DNA of 46,637 bases from Actinomycetota bacterium (GTDB taxonomy: Bacteria > Actinomycetota > Actinomycetes > JACCUZ01), in NCBI GenBank assembly GCA_030841025.1, contig JAVEDJ010000239.1:1-46637 (forward strand). Direction: 5' to 3'. A program made the translations under genes and the position numbers. Positions 17,567-27,249 of this stretch are shown here, piece by piece (the stretch's first letter is position 1; each line of letters starts with the position of its first letter). The notes beneath the pieces are model-generated. The model was not told where the DNA came from. It was given only the letters and a program-made list of their open reading frames with translations, and ran no database searches.

Positions 17567-18349
17567 TCAGCCTCCGTTGATGACGATCGATCCCAGGTGC
17601 GTGAAGTGTGCGGCAACGCGTGATCCTGGCGCCACGGCCACCGCGTCGGTCATACCGCCGGTCAGAACCACCCAGCCGGCCTCGAGCGCGTGGCCGCGCT
17701 CGCCCAGCGAGTTGGCGGCCATGGCCAGCGCCTCGCCGGGGTTGCCCTGGACCGCGGCCCCGGTCGCCGAGTCGACGACCTTGCCGTCGACCTCGAGCAG
17801 GCAGGCCTCCAACGAGAGGTCCAACGTGGCGGGAGGGCGGCCGACCGCTCCTGTCACGTAGTAGCCGGAAGAAGCGTTGTCAGCCACGACGTCGGGCAGC
17901 GTGAACCGGAAGTCGGCGTACCGGGAGTCGATGATCTCGATGCCTGCGTAGACCGTCTCGACCGCCCGCATGGCGGAGACGGCGGTCTCGCCGGGCCCCT
18001 GCAGCCGCTGGCCCAGCACGAACACCAGCTCAGGCTCCGCGCGGGGGTGGATCAGCCGGTCCTGCGGGACCGGCTCGCCCGCCGGGAGCACCATCGCATC
18101 GGTCAGCCATGCGGTCAGGGGCGTATCGACGTTCATCCGGCGCTGCTTGGCCCGCGACGTCAGACCGAGCTTGACGCCGACCAGCCGCTCTCCCCTGGCA
18201 AGCCGCCGGGCCAGCGCCTCGTCCTGGACGGCGTACGCCGTGGCCAGGTCGAGGTCGGGCCACTCGTCGGTGATCGGCCCCCGCTCGGCGCGAGTCCGCT
18301 CCGCCTCGAGCAGCACGTCGACCGCGCGGTCGACGTCCCAGTCGCTCAC
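17567..18349 (-). CDS. 2-oxopent-4-enoate hydratase / 4-oxalocrotonate decarboxylase family; its position after the aldolase suggests the decarboxylase
   Basis: '[12 protein letters not shown]...[12 protein letters not shown]' family block. GTGA overlap with the aldolase stop at 18346-18349. Gene order matches dmpEFGHI/xylJQKIH. Confidence 0.8.
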   Translation of the reverse strand: MSDWDVDRAVDVLLEAERTRAERGPITDEWPDLDLATAYAVQDEALARRLARGERLVGVKLGLTSRAKQRRMNVDTPLTAWLTDAMVLPAGEPVPQDRLIHPRAEPELVFVLGQRLQGPGETAVSAMRAVETVYAGIEIIDSRYADFRFTLPDVVADNASSGYYVTGAVGRPPATLDLSLEACLLEVDGKVVDSATGAAVQGNPGEALAMAANSLGERGHALEAGWVVLTGGMTDAVAVAPGSRVAAHFTHLGSIVINGG

Positions 18350-19404
18350 CGCGCACCCGCGGCGAGTGGCTCGCGCTCGCGCTCCTGCGCCAGCTGCAGC
18401 GCCACGTCGATGATCATGTCCTCCTGGCCACCGACGTACCCCGCCTCGCCGACGCGCTGCAGGATCTCGTGCGCCGGGACGCCGTAGCGGGCGGAGGCCC
18501 GCTCCGCGTGCAGCAGGAAGCTGGAGTAGACGCCGGCGTAGCCCTGGACGATCGAGGCGCGGTCCATCCACGGCAGCCGCGGGATGAACGGGCGTACGAC
18601 GTCCTCGGCCGCGGCGGCGGCGTGCTGCGGGTCCACTCCGGTGGTGATCCCGAGCCGGTCGAAGACCGCGGCCAGTACCTCGGTCGGGGAGTTCCCCGCG
18701 CCGGCACCGAGCGCGCACAACGCACCGTCGATCTGCTTGGCCCCGCTCTGGTAGGCCAGCACGGAGTTGGCGACCCCGAGGGAGAGGTTCTGGTGGCCGT
18801 GGAAGCCGACCTGCGCTTGGTCCCCTACCTCCTTCACCAGGGCCTGCACCCGCGCCTGGGCATCGCCCAGGACCAGGGCCCCGGCGGAGTCGACGACGTA
18901 GACGCACTCCGCCCCGGCGTCGACCATGATGCGCGCCTGACGCGCGAGGTTCTCCGGCGTCGTGCGGTGGGCCAGCATCAGGAAGCCCACCGTCTCCATG
19001 CCGAGGTCACGCGCTGCCCCGAAGTGCTGGATCGAGACGTCGGCCTCGGTGCAGTGCGTGGCGATGCGCGCTACCGAGGCACCGGCCGCGTGCGCCCGCT
19101 GCAGGTCCTCCACCGTGCCGAGACCGGGCAGCAGGAGTACGGCGATCTGGGCGCGCGTGGCCTCGTCGACGGCAGCCGCGATGAGCTCGATCTCGCTCTC
19201 GCGGGAGAAGCCGTAGTTGAAGGAGGAGCCGCCCAGCCCGTCACCGTGCGAGACCTCGACGACCTGCACGCCGGCGCCGTCCAGCGCGGAGACGGTGGCA
19301 CGCACCTGCTCTTCGGTGAACTGGTGCGCCATCGCGTGTGAGCCGTCGCGCAGCGTCGAGTCGGTGATCCGCAGGTCGAATGCCGCCGCGGGGGTCGCAG
19401 TCAT
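18346..19404 (-). CDS. dmpG: 4-hydroxy-2-oxovalerate aldolase
   Basis: '[12 protein letters not shown]', '[12 protein letters not shown]' and '[15 protein letters not shown]' are hallmark DmpG/MhpE blocks. Confidence 0.92.
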   Translation of the reverse strand: MTATPAAAFDLRITDSTLRDGSHAMAHQFTEEQVRATVSALDGAGVQVVEVSHGDGLGGSSFNYGFSRESEIELIAAAVDEATRAQIAVLLLPGLGTVEDLQRAHAAGASVARIATHCTEADVSIQHFGAARDLGMETVGFLMLAHRTTPENLARQARIMVDAGAECVYVVDSAGALVLGDAQARVQALVKEVGDQAQVGFHGHQNLSLGVANSVLAYQSGAKQIDGALCALGAGAGNSPTEVLAAVFDRLGITTGVDPQHAAAAAEDVVRPFIPRLPWMDRASIVQGYAGVYSSFLLHAERASARYGVPAHEILQRVGEAGYVGGQEDMIIDVALQLAQEREREPLAAGAR

Positions 19405-20300
19405 GCGGGTACCAGCTTTCCCTGGGCCAGCTGCTCGCCCACGCGAGCGGCAGCTGCGGTCATGATGTCGAGGTTGCCGGCGTACTCCGGCAGGTAGTCG
19501 CCGTTGCCACGGACCTCCAGGAAGACGGCCACGCGGGCGTTACCGGACCAGTCGTCGCGCGGCTCGTCGAACTGCGGGTCAGCCCGCAGCGCGTAGCCGG
19601 GCACGTACTCCTGCACCGCGGCGACCATCCGGGCCACCGACTCGGCGATCGCGTCGCGATCGGCGTCCGCCGGGATGGCGCAGAAGACCGTGTCCCGCAT
19701 GATCATCGGCGGCTCGACCGGGTTGAGGATGATGACCGCCTTGCCGCGCGCGGCTCCCCCGACGAGCTCGATCGCCCTCGAGGTCGTGGCGGTGAACTCG
19801 TCGATGTTGGCGCGCGTGCCGGGACCGGCAGAGCGCGAGGCGATCGAGGCGACGATCTCGGCGTACGGGACCGGGGCCACCCGGGAGACCGCGTGCACGA
19901 TCGGGATGGTGGCCTGCCCGCCGCACGTGATCATGTTGACGTTGGGGGCCGCAAGATGCTCGTCGAGGTTCACCGTCGGGCACACGAGCGGACCGATCAT
20001 GGCCGGGGTGAGATCGACAGCCTGGATGCCGGCCTCGGCGTACTTCGGCGCATTGGCCGCATGGGCCTTGGCGCTTGTTGCCTCGAAGACGATGCGCGGC
20101 GCGTCGGACTGGGCGAGCAACCAGTCGACGCCGCCGGCGGACGCCTCGACGCCGCGGGCTCGGGCCTTGGCGAGCCCGTCAGAGCTGGGGTCGACCCCCA
20201 CCATGTAGCCGACCTCGATGGCCGCCGACCGCTGCAGCTTCACCAACAGGTCGGTGCCGATGTTCCCCGGCCCGACGATCGCGGCCAATACCTTGCTCAT
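19401..20300 (-). CDS. dmpF: acetaldehyde dehydrogenase (acylating)
   Basis: '[12 protein letters not shown]', '[12 protein letters not shown]' (catalytic Cys) and 'GNLDIMT' are hallmark DmpF/MhpF blocks. Overlaps both neighbours by 4 nt. Confidence 0.92.
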   Translation of the reverse strand: MSKVLAAIVGPGNIGTDLLVKLQRSAAIEVGYMVGVDPSSDGLAKARARGVEASAGGVDWLLAQSDAPRIVFEATSAKAHAANAPKYAEAGIQAVDLTPAMIGPLVCPTVNLDEHLAAPNVNMITCGGQATIPIVHAVSRVAPVPYAEIVASIASRSAGPGTRANIDEFTATTSRAIELVGGAARGKAVIILNPVEPPMIMRDTVFCAIPADADRDAIAESVARMVAAVQEYVPGYALRADPQFDEPRDDWSGNARVAVFLEVRGNGDYLPEYAGNLDIMTAAAARVGEQLAQGKLVPA

Positions 20301-21091
20301 GCGCTGTTCCTTCCGAATCGCGCCGTCACGGTGCCGAGGCCCGCAAAGACGGCGCTCCAGGTGTCACCGGGAGATGCCGGCTGGGCCGATGTCACCGAGC
20401 CCGGCAGCACGACCTGTCCGGGCTGGAGCACGACGCCGTGCTCCCCCACGGTGTTGGCCAGCCATGCGAGAGAGATGAGCGGCGAGCCCAGGACCGCGCC
20501 GCCGGCGCCCGTGGCCACGAGGTCACCGTTGCCGTACAGGTTGCAGCCAGCGAGACGCAGGTCGACGTCGGTGAGCCGCACCGGGCGGCTGCCCAGTACG
20601 ACGCCGCCGGACGAGGCATTGTCCGCGATGGTGTCGATGATGCTGATCTTCCAGTCCCGGATGCGCGAGTCGATGATCTCGAGTGCCGGCAGCACGAAGT
20701 CGACGGCGGCAGCAGCCTGGGCGACGGTGACACCGGGGCCGCGCAGCTCGCGGCCGAGGACGAAGGCGACCTCCGGCTCGACGCGCGGCGCGATGAACGT
20801 CCCAGCATCGATGGGATGGTGCTCGGGATAGAACATGTCGTCGCGCAGGACGCCGTAGTCGGGCTGGTCGACCCCCATCTGCCGCTGCATCGCCGCCGAT
20901 GTCAGGCCGACCTTGTGACCTTGCAGCACGCGCCCGTCGCGCTGCCAGGCCTCGACCTGCAGCTGTTGGACGGCGTAGGCGCCGGCGAGGTCCAGGTCCG
21001 GATGGCTCTGTACCAGCGGCGGGACCGCGACCCGCGACCCATACGCCCCGAGCAGGAGGTCCGCCGCCTCCTGGTGGGTTCCGTCACCCAT
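20297..21091 (-). CDS. 2-oxopent-4-enoate hydratase family; first gene of the operon, position suggests the hydratase
   Basis: '[12 protein letters not shown]...[12 protein letters not shown]' family block. ATGA overlap with the dmpF-like start. Confidence 0.8.
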   Translation of the reverse strand: MGDGTHQEAADLLLGAYGSRVAVPPLVQSHPDLDLAGAYAVQQLQVEAWQRDGRVLQGHKVGLTSAAMQRQMGVDQPDYGVLRDDMFYPEHHPIDAGTFIAPRVEPEVAFVLGRELRGPGVTVAQAAAAVDFVLPALEIIDSRIRDWKISIIDTIADNASSGGVVLGSRPVRLTDVDLRLAGCNLYGNGDLVATGAGGAVLGSPLISLAWLANTVGEHGVVLQPGQVVLPGSVTSAQPASPGDTWSAVFAGLGTVTARFGRNSA

Positions 21092-21122
21092 GCGTGCACC
21101 GCCTCCTCGCCCCGAACCACTT

Positions 21123-21154
21123 GCATCATGTCACTTCCAGACCGCATCATCACT
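21123..21154. promoter_or_regulatory. direct repeat GCATCAT(GT)CACT x2 in the 65-bp divergent IclR / meta-operon intergenic region; candidate operator
   Basis: gcatcatgtcact (21123-21135) and gcatcatcact (21144-21154), with starts 21 bp apart. Confidence 0.35.
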
Positions 21155-21156
21155 CG

Positions 21157-21981
21157 GTGCGGTCCACTCAACGAGACGTCGGTCCGAAGTCGGTTCTGGG
21201 GCGAGCGTTCGCACTGCTCGGCTGCTTCACGGTTGCCGACGCAGAGCTGAGCCTGGCCGAGATGTCCGCCCGGACCGGCATCCCGAAGGCCACCGTCCAC
21301 CGGCTGGTCGGTCAGCTCGCGGAGTGGGGGGCGGTCGAGCAGACCCCCGCGGGCGTGCGCCTCGGCATGCGGCTCTTCGAGCTCGGGCAGCTGGCCCCGC
21401 GGCACCGTGACCTGCGCGAATCCGCGCTGCCGCACATGGAGGACCTGCTGCAGGCGACAGCCCACACGGTTCACCTGGCCGTGCTGGACGGGACCGAGGT
21501 GGTCTACCTCGAGAAGCTGACCGGCCGCGGCGGGCCGCCGTTGCCCTCCCGCGTCGGTGGCCGCATGCCCGCGCACTGCACCGGGGTCGGCAAGGCGCTG
21601 CTGGCGTTCTCGCCGACGGCGACCGTGGCCGAGGTCGCGGGGTCGGAGCTGGTCCGCCGTACCCCGCACACGGTCACGACCCCCGCTGCCCTGACGCGTG
21701 AGCTGGCCGACATCCGGCGCAGCGGGTTCGCCTACGACCGTGAGGAGTCCACCCCAGGAGTGGTGTGCGTGGCGTGCCCCGTGCTGGGTACGACGGGCGA
21801 TGTGGTGGCAGCGATCTCCATCAGCGGCTGGTCCAACCGGCTCGACACCGGCCGGGTCGCCTCCGCTGTGCGGACGGCTACCCTCTCGATCTCCCGTCAG
21901 CTGGGCGCGGGACGCTCCGCCGGCCCGCGACCGCCCTCCGGCGGCACTGCTTCCGCTTCCCCGTCCAGAGTATTACGCTAG
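21157..21981 (+). CDS. IclR-family transcriptional regulator
   Basis: 'LSLAEMSARTGIPKATVHRLVGQL' HTH and 'AISISG' effector-domain block. GTG 21157 is the only in-frame start upstream of the HTH after the divergent gene. Confidence 0.8.
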   Translation: MRSTQRDVGPKSVLGRAFALLGCFTVADAELSLAEMSARTGIPKATVHRLVGQLAEWGAVEQTPAGVRLGMRLFELGQLAPRHRDLRESALPHMEDLLQATAHTVHLAVLDGTEVVYLEKLTGRGGPPLPSRVGGRMPAHCTGVGKALLAFSPTATVAEVAGSELVRRTPHTVTTPAALTRELADIRRSGFAYDREESTPGVVCVACPVLGTTGDVVAAISISGWSNRLDTGRVASAVRTATLSISRQLGAGRSAGPRPPSGGTASASPSRVLR

Positions 21982-22046
21982 CCGACTATCTTGTTGCTGT
22001 AGTACCTCCGTCCTCAGCCAGCCGTCAGCCAGCCAAGGAGCGCCAC

Positions 22047-23087
22047 GTGAGCCCCGATGCGACCCTGGGCGACGAGCAGGGCTCGGCGACCCTGGCCGTC
22101 GACCTGCTCATCGTCGGGGCAGGCCCGGTCGGCCTGTTCGGCGCCTACTACGCGGGCTTTCGCGGCCTCAGCGTCGCGCTGATCGACGCGCTGCCTGAGG
22201 TCGGCGGTCAGATCAGCGCGATGTACCCGGAGAAGCTGATCCACGATGTCGCCGGCTTCCCCGCCGTGCGCGGCCGCGACCTCGTCCAGCACCTCGTCGA
22301 CCAGGCCGCGCCGTTCTCGCCGCGGTACCTCTTGGGCGAGCAGGCCTGCACGCTCTCCTACGACGAGGACGGCAGCGTGCTCGTCGGCACCGACCGCGGC
22401 CGCTCCGTGCATGCCCAGGCGGTCATCATCACCGGGGGCATCGGCTCCTTCAGCCCCCGACCACTGCCGACCGGGACGGAGTTCGAGGGCAGGGGGCTGC
22501 GCTACTTCGTGCGCGAGCTGGCTGAGCTCGCGGACCAGGACGTCATCATCGTCGGCGGCGGCGACAGCGCCTTCGACTGGGCCCAGAGCCTGGAGCCGCT
22601 GGCACGTTCGGTCACCCTCGTCCACCGCCGCAAGGCGTTCCGCGCGCACGAGCACACCGTCAAGCAGGTCCTGGCGTCGAACGTCGAGGTCGTCGTCGAC
22701 AGCCAGGTGACGGCGATCCGTGGCGACGCCCACGCCGACGCGGACGACGCGCACATCGACGAGGTCGAGATCACTCACGTGCCGACCAAGGAGGTGCGGG
22801 CGATCAAGGCGCAGGCAGTCGTGGCTGCACTCGGCTTCACGGCTGACCTCGGGCCGCTCCTCGAATGGGGACTCGAGATCTCCGAGCGGCACATCGTGGT
22901 CGACACCCGGATGGCGACCAACCAACCGCGCGTGTTCGCGGCGGGAGACATCACCGAGTACGTCGGCAAGGTGCGGCTCATCGCCGTCGGGTTCGGGGAG
23001 GTCGCCACCGCTGTCAACAACGCGGCGACGGTCCTGGACCCGAACGCCGCGCTGTTCCCCGGGCACTCGACCGAGGAAATGACCTAA
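22047..23087 (+). CDS. ferredoxin-NADP+ reductase, thioredoxin-reductase-like type
   Basis: 'IVGAGPVGLFGA', 'EVGGQISAMYPEK.IHDVAGFP' and 'VGGGDSAFDWA'. GTG 22047 is preceded by AAGGAG. Confidence 0.85.
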   Translation: MSPDATLGDEQGSATLAVDLLIVGAGPVGLFGAYYAGFRGLSVALIDALPEVGGQISAMYPEKLIHDVAGFPAVRGRDLVQHLVDQAAPFSPRYLLGEQACTLSYDEDGSVLVGTDRGRSVHAQAVIITGGIGSFSPRPLPTGTEFEGRGLRYFVRELAELADQDVIIVGGGDSAFDWAQSLEPLARSVTLVHRRKAFRAHEHTVKQVLASNVEVVVDSQVTAIRGDAHADADDAHIDEVEITHVPTKEVRAIKAQAVVAALGFTADLGPLLEWGLEISERHIVVDTRMATNQPRVFAAGDITEYVGKVRLIAVGFGEVATAVNNAATVLDPNAALFPGHSTEEMT

Positions 23088-23131
23088 AAAGCCCTTCATC
23101 CACCGCACCGCCAGCTACCGGAGGACGACGA

Positions 23132-23476
23132 ATGCCCTTTGTGATCGGCAGCCCGTGCATCGACGTCATGGACAAGTCGTGCACAGAGGAGTGTCCCGTC
23201 GACTGCATCTACGAAGGGGAACGGAAGCTGTACATCCACCCTGGCGAGTGCATCGACTGCGGGGCATGCGAGCCGGTTTGTCCGGTCGAAGCGATCTCTG
23301 TCGACCGTCGCCTCCCGGCGGAACAGGAAGTGCACAAGGCGGACAACGCAGCGTTCTTTGCGACCCCTCTGCCCGGGCGCGACGAGCCGATCGGCAGCCC
23401 GGGCGGCGCCCGGAAGCTGGGGCCGGTCGGCGTGGACACGCCCTTGGTGGCAGCGGCGGAGGCCGACGCCAGCTGA
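23132..23476 (+). CDS. fdxA: 7Fe-type ([3Fe-4S][4Fe-4S]) ferredoxin
   Basis: 'CIDVMDKSCTEECPVDC' and 'CIDCGACEPVCP' cluster motifs. GGAGGA RBS. Confidence 0.85.
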   Translation: MPFVIGSPCIDVMDKSCTEECPVDCIYEGERKLYIHPGECIDCGACEPVCPVEAISVDRRLPAEQEVHKADNAAFFATPLPGRDEPIGSPGGARKLGPVGVDTPLVAAAEADAS

Positions 23477-23518
23477 GCAGGCCGCCGCTGGGCCAGCGAA
23501 GCGACGGGCCGGTGCCGG

Positions 23519-24778
23519 CTAGACCTGCGCGGGGGCCGTGCGGACAGCTGCGGCAGCCTGCTGCACCACGTCGTCCAGAAGCGGCTGGGGGCCCAGCGGA
23601 ACCTGAAGGCGCAGCGGCATCTCTCGACGCTGCTCGGACGACCTTGTGAGGGCGTCGCACACCTCGAGGTTGGCCAGACCCCAGGGTCCGTCGTGCGTCA
23701 CCACTCCCCCGGCATCACCGCGCACGGCAGCGACGAGCTCGTCGAGGAGCAGCTGGCGACCGACGCGCAAGCCCGCCAGCGAGACCTCGACCTTGTTCGT
23801 GTCGCCGTAGACGGTCAGCCCGTCCGGCGAGACCCGCACGTCGCCGCGATCGCAGCTGAGGATCACCAGGCCGAAGAACGGCTGGCGGTCACCGGAGCGC
23901 AACATCTCCGACTGCCTGCTGACCCCGCCGGTCCCCCGCTTGAGCGCCAGCTCGCCCTCGACGGAGTCGACCTGTGCGAGCCGGCCCCGAGCCACGGCGT
24001 AGTCCGAACCGAGCTGTTGGCCGGACTCCCCGATGCCGAAGGTGAACTCGGTGCTGGGGAAGTGGTCGTAGCCGCTGTAGAACGCGGTCACGGGCGTGCC
24101 GTCCTCGAACTCGAGGTATGCGGTGTAGGCACCTGCGGTGCGCCGAGCCGGGTCCCAGGTACCGACCCGCCCGCGCACACTGTGCAGCAGGCCGCCGCCG
24201 AGGAACCGGATGATGTCGACGTGGTGGGCGCCCTGGCGCATCGGCACGCCGCCGCCCTTGGCAGCGTCGAGCTCGTCGGGGTGACGCGGCCGGTACATCC
24301 AGTCGGTGTAGTACCAGCAGTTCACCGCGCGCAGCTGACCGAGGACCCCCGACGCCACGATCGCCCGCATGGCGCGCACCGGCGCCTCGAAGCTCTGGGA
24401 GTGCCCGACCAGCAGCACCCGGTCGTGGCGGGCGGCGTCGGCCACCATCCGTTCGGCATCCAGGAGCGACGGTGCCATCGGCTTCTCCACCACGACGTGC
24501 TTGCCGGCTTCGAAGCCCAGCCGGACGTGCTCGGGGTGCAGCGGCGTCGGGCTGGCGACGTACACCGCATCGACGTCAGCCGATGCGAGCAGCTCCGCCA
24601 CGGTCGCGTAGGCCGCAGCCCCGGACCGGGCGAACGCCTCGCGCGCCCGGACGTCCGGGTCTGCTCCCGCGGTGACGACGACGTCCGGGTGTCCCTGCAC
24701 GTACGGCAGCAGGGACGTCCCGGCCGGACCGAGGCCCACGATGCCCAAGCGGACCGGCAGCTGATCTGCCGGGGTCAC
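23519..24778 (-). CDS. Gfo/Idh/MocA-family oxidoreductase, long (~420 aa) form; candidate cis-dihydrodiol dehydrogenase
   Basis: 'LGIVGLGPAG' Rossmann and 'KHVVVEKPMA' family motif. Last gene of the oxygenase operon. GTG start; the RBS is unclear. Confidence 0.8.
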   Translation of the reverse strand: MTPADQLPVRLGIVGLGPAGTSLLPYVQGHPDVVVTAGADPDVRAREAFARSGAAAYATVAELLASADVDAVYVASPTPLHPEHVRLGFEAGKHVVVEKPMAPSLLDAERMVADAARHDRVLLVGHSQSFEAPVRAMRAIVASGVLGQLRAVNCWYYTDWMYRPRHPDELDAAKGGGVPMRQGAHHVDIIRFLGGGLLHSVRGRVGTWDPARRTAGAYTAYLEFEDGTPVTAFYSGYDHFPSTEFTFGIGESGQQLGSDYAVARGRLAQVDSVEGELALKRGTGGVSRQSEMLRSGDRQPFFGLVILSCDRGDVRVSPDGLTVYGDTNKVEVSLAGLRVGRQLLLDELVAAVRGDAGGVVTHDGPWGLANLEVCDALTRSSEQRREMPLRLQVPLGPQPLLDDVVQQAAAAVRTAPAQV

Positions 24779-24812
24779 GAACGTGTGACGGGCACGGTCA
24801 TGTCAAGCACGG

Positions 24813-25073
24813 TCACTCGTGCGCCGGCTCGTGGGTCGTCACCCGCGCCGTGGGCTTCACGTCGAAGACGTAGCGGCACCTCTCGCACCACACATGGAAC
24901 AGCCGGGCGTCCGCCGTCCAGTACTCCTGGACGAAGGACTGCACATCCAGCTGCGCCCCGCAGTGCGGGCAGAACTGCACCAGTGCCTGCACGTTGTCGT
25001 CGATCGCAGTGGCCTCCCCCTCGAGGGGGGCGTTGGGGATCTCGGACACGCCTGCCTCCTTGGCGAACGACAT
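24813..25073 (-). CDS. small CxxC...CxxC (zinc-ribbon-like) protein of unknown function
   Basis: 86 aa with 'CPHC' (C35, C38) and 'CERC' (C63, C66). ATG starts 2 nt after the Rieske stop. GC3-rich codon pattern. Confidence 0.55.
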   Translation of the reverse strand: MSFAKEAGVSEIPNAPLEGEATAIDDNVQALVQFCPHCGAQLDVQSFVQEYWTADARLFHVWCERCRYVFDVKPTARVTTHEPAHE

Positions 25074-25074
25074 G

Positions 25075-26352
25075 TCAGACGGTCGCGTCGTGGTGCTCGG
25101 TATCGCTGGCCGGAAGGCTCTTCTCTGCCTCTTCGAACAGTCGGAGCACGTCCTGCGCGATCGGACTGTAACGGCACTGTCCCATGGTCAGGAACTCGTA
25201 GCGGAAGCCTGCTCCGGTGCCGAACTTCTTCTTCTCCTGCGGCAGCGTGATGCAGTCGTTGATGCTCTCGTCGCGCACCACGCCCAACGGGTCCTCGCCG
25301 TCCTCGACCTTGTCCAGCTGCTCCTGGAAGAGGCGGCGCAACATGATGACGCCGAGGTCGGACTTGCCGAGATGCTCGTTGGAGCGGTCGGCGATGGCCC
25401 CTTGGCTCGCCCACGCCATGACGTCCTGGCCGTCGACGAAGTCGACGAGGAAGTCGCCCTTCTCGTCGTAGATCGGGACCTCGAACAGCGGGATCGAGTC
25501 CTGCGGCGGCACGGTGTAGTCGCCGTCAGGCTTGTAGACGTCGTACCAGAAGTGCGAGGTGTGGGTGTCGTCCACGGGGACCCGGATCTGGAACTGGTAG
25601 TGACCGCCGCCCCCGACCCGCAGCATCGCGGGGAACACCAGCGGGTGCCCCACCTTCCAGTCCTCGTCCTCCTCGGTCATGCCTTCGAGCACTCGCCGCT
25701 TGATGATCCCGTAGTCGAAGACGTCAAAGGCGACCTTCTCGTGCTTGCGCATCAGCACCTCGGCCTGCGCCTCGCCCGAGATGCCACGCACGAAGTTCAT
25801 GTAGTGCCCGTGCAGCCACTCGACGTGGTGCGGGTCGACGGAGTTCTCCATCACCTGAAGCCAGTTCATCGGCAGCAGGGCATGGCCCACGTCGCGCAGG
25901 CAGTTGTCCCAGACGAACAGGTCGAACCTCGGCAGCAGCGGCGCTGGGTCCTCACCCATGTAGACGAAGATCAGGCCGCCGAGCTCCTGGGCCTGGTACG
26001 TAACGGCCTGGATGCGGTCCTTGAACGTGCTGTCCGCGGGCTCCGCCGGCTGCTCGAGGCACTTGCCGTCCATGCCGTAGAGCCATCCGTGGTAGCCGCA
26101 CCGGATGCCGCGCTCCTCGACGATCGCGTAGCGCATCGAGGCACGGCGGTGCGGACACTGGGCCTCGATGACACCGATCTCGTCGCCCTTGCGGTACAGC
26201 ACGATGTCCTCGCCCAGCAGCCGGCGCTGGATCGGCTCTGGGCCGAGCTCTGACGTGGCGGCGAGGGGGTACCAGTAGTGACGGAGCAACGTGCCCATCG
26301 GCGTGCCCGGCCCTACCTGGGTCAGCCGCTCGTTCAACTCGGTCGTCAGCAT
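25075..26352 (-). CDS. Rieske [2Fe-2S] non-heme-iron oxygenase, single-subunit phthalate-family type
   Basis: 'CPHRRASMRYAIVEERGIRCGYHGWLY' Rieske CxH...CxxH. 'NWLQVMENSVDPHHVEWLH' mononuclear-iron motif. No beta-subunit gene is adjacent. Confidence 0.9.
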   Translation of the reverse strand: MLTTELNERLTQVGPGTPMGTLLRHYWYPLAATSELGPEPIQRRLLGEDIVLYRKGDEIGVIEAQCPHRRASMRYAIVEERGIRCGYHGWLYGMDGKCLEQPAEPADSTFKDRIQAVTYQAQELGGLIFVYMGEDPAPLLPRFDLFVWDNCLRDVGHALLPMNWLQVMENSVDPHHVEWLHGHYMNFVRGISGEAQAEVLMRKHEKVAFDVFDYGIIKRRVLEGMTEEDEDWKVGHPLVFPAMLRVGGGGHYQFQIRVPVDDTHTSHFWYDVYKPDGDYTVPPQDSIPLFEVPIYDEKGDFLVDFVDGQDVMAWASQGAIADRSNEHLGKSDLGVIMLRRLFQEQLDKVEDGEDPLGVVRDESINDCITLPQEKKKFGTGAGFRYEFLTMGQCRYSPIAQDVLRLFEEAEKSLPASDTEHHDATV

Positions 26353-26397
26353 CTCCGCGCCTTTCTGTTCATCGAATGTCCTACGGCCGGTACAACA

Positions 26398-27249
26398 TCA
26401 GCTGAAGAACCCGGCCACGTGCCGCTGGAAGTCCTCTGCCCGTTCGATCTGCGTCCAATGCCCACACCGGTGGAAGACCACCAGGTCCGCGGACGGCAGA
26501 ATGTGCAGCAGCCGCTGGCTGGTGGCTTCCAGGGGAATGATCTGGTCGTCGCGGCCATGGATCAGGAGCGTCGGGGTCTGGATGCTCGCCAGCTCGTCCT
26601 CGGTGAGCGCCATCGCCGTGATGTGGCGCTGACGTGGGGCGGCGAAGGCCGTGGCGTAACGCTCCTGGACGTCACCTACCTCGGTCGCCCGGAAACGCAG
26701 CTCGATCAGCTCGTCGGTCACGAGGCCCTGATCATAGGCGAACAGTCGCATGAGGGCGGCCATGTTGTCGTGGGAGGGCGTGTAGCCCCAGACCCGGTCC
26801 AGCCCTTCCGTGATCGGGAAGTCGATGCCGACAGCGCCCATCAGGACCATGCGGCGGATCCGCTCGGGATGGCGGTGCGCCAGCGCGAGGGCGAGCGCGC
26901 CGCCCATCGAGTTGCCCACCACATCGACCTGGTCCAGGCCCAGCGCGTCGAGGAAGCCGAGCAGGTGCCGGACCCGGGTGTCATGGTCGAGCTCGACACC
27001 GTCCGCCGCCCGCGTCTCGCCGAAGCCCACGACGTCGGGTGCCAGGAGCCGGCGGCCGTCAGCCAGCGGGGAGCGCATCAGCCCCTGCCAGTTGGCCCGA
27101 CCGGACACGCCTGGCCCCGACCCGTGGATCAACAGGACGGGCGGCCCGTCCGAGACCCCCGACTCGAGGTAGTGGGTGTCGAACGGGCCGTGCTGGACCC
27201 GGTCCTGCCGAAGGTCGTCGACGGCCGGCGTCGTGGAGGTGGCGGTCAC
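26398..27249 (-). CDS. alpha/beta-fold meta-cleavage-product hydrolase (XylF/DmpD/BphD-like)
   Basis: 'LLIHGSGPGVS', 'GNSMGG' nucleophile elbow and 'HRCGHWTQIE' catalytic His region. Confidence 0.85.
   Translation of the reverse strand: MTATSTTPAVDDLRQDRVQHGPFDTHYLESGVSDGPPVLLIHGSGPGVSGRANWQGLMRSPLADGRRLLAPDVVGFGETRAADGVELDHDTRVRHLLGFLDALGLDQVDVVGNSMGGALALALAHRHPERIRRMVLMGAVGIDFPITEGLDRVWGYTPSHDNMAALMRLFAYDQGLVTDELIELRFRATEVGDVQERYATAFAAPRQRHITAMALTEDELASIQTPTLLIHGRDDQIIPLEATSQRLLHILPSADLVVFHRCGHWTQIERAEDFQRHVAGFFS

Noticed and set aside
18350-18907. N-terminal extension of ORF 17567-18907 (446 aa).
   Set aside because: It overlaps the DmpG-like aldolase gene and is Arg/Pro/Gly-rich. The family-typical sequence begins at GTG 18349, which is GTGA-coupled to the aldolase stop.
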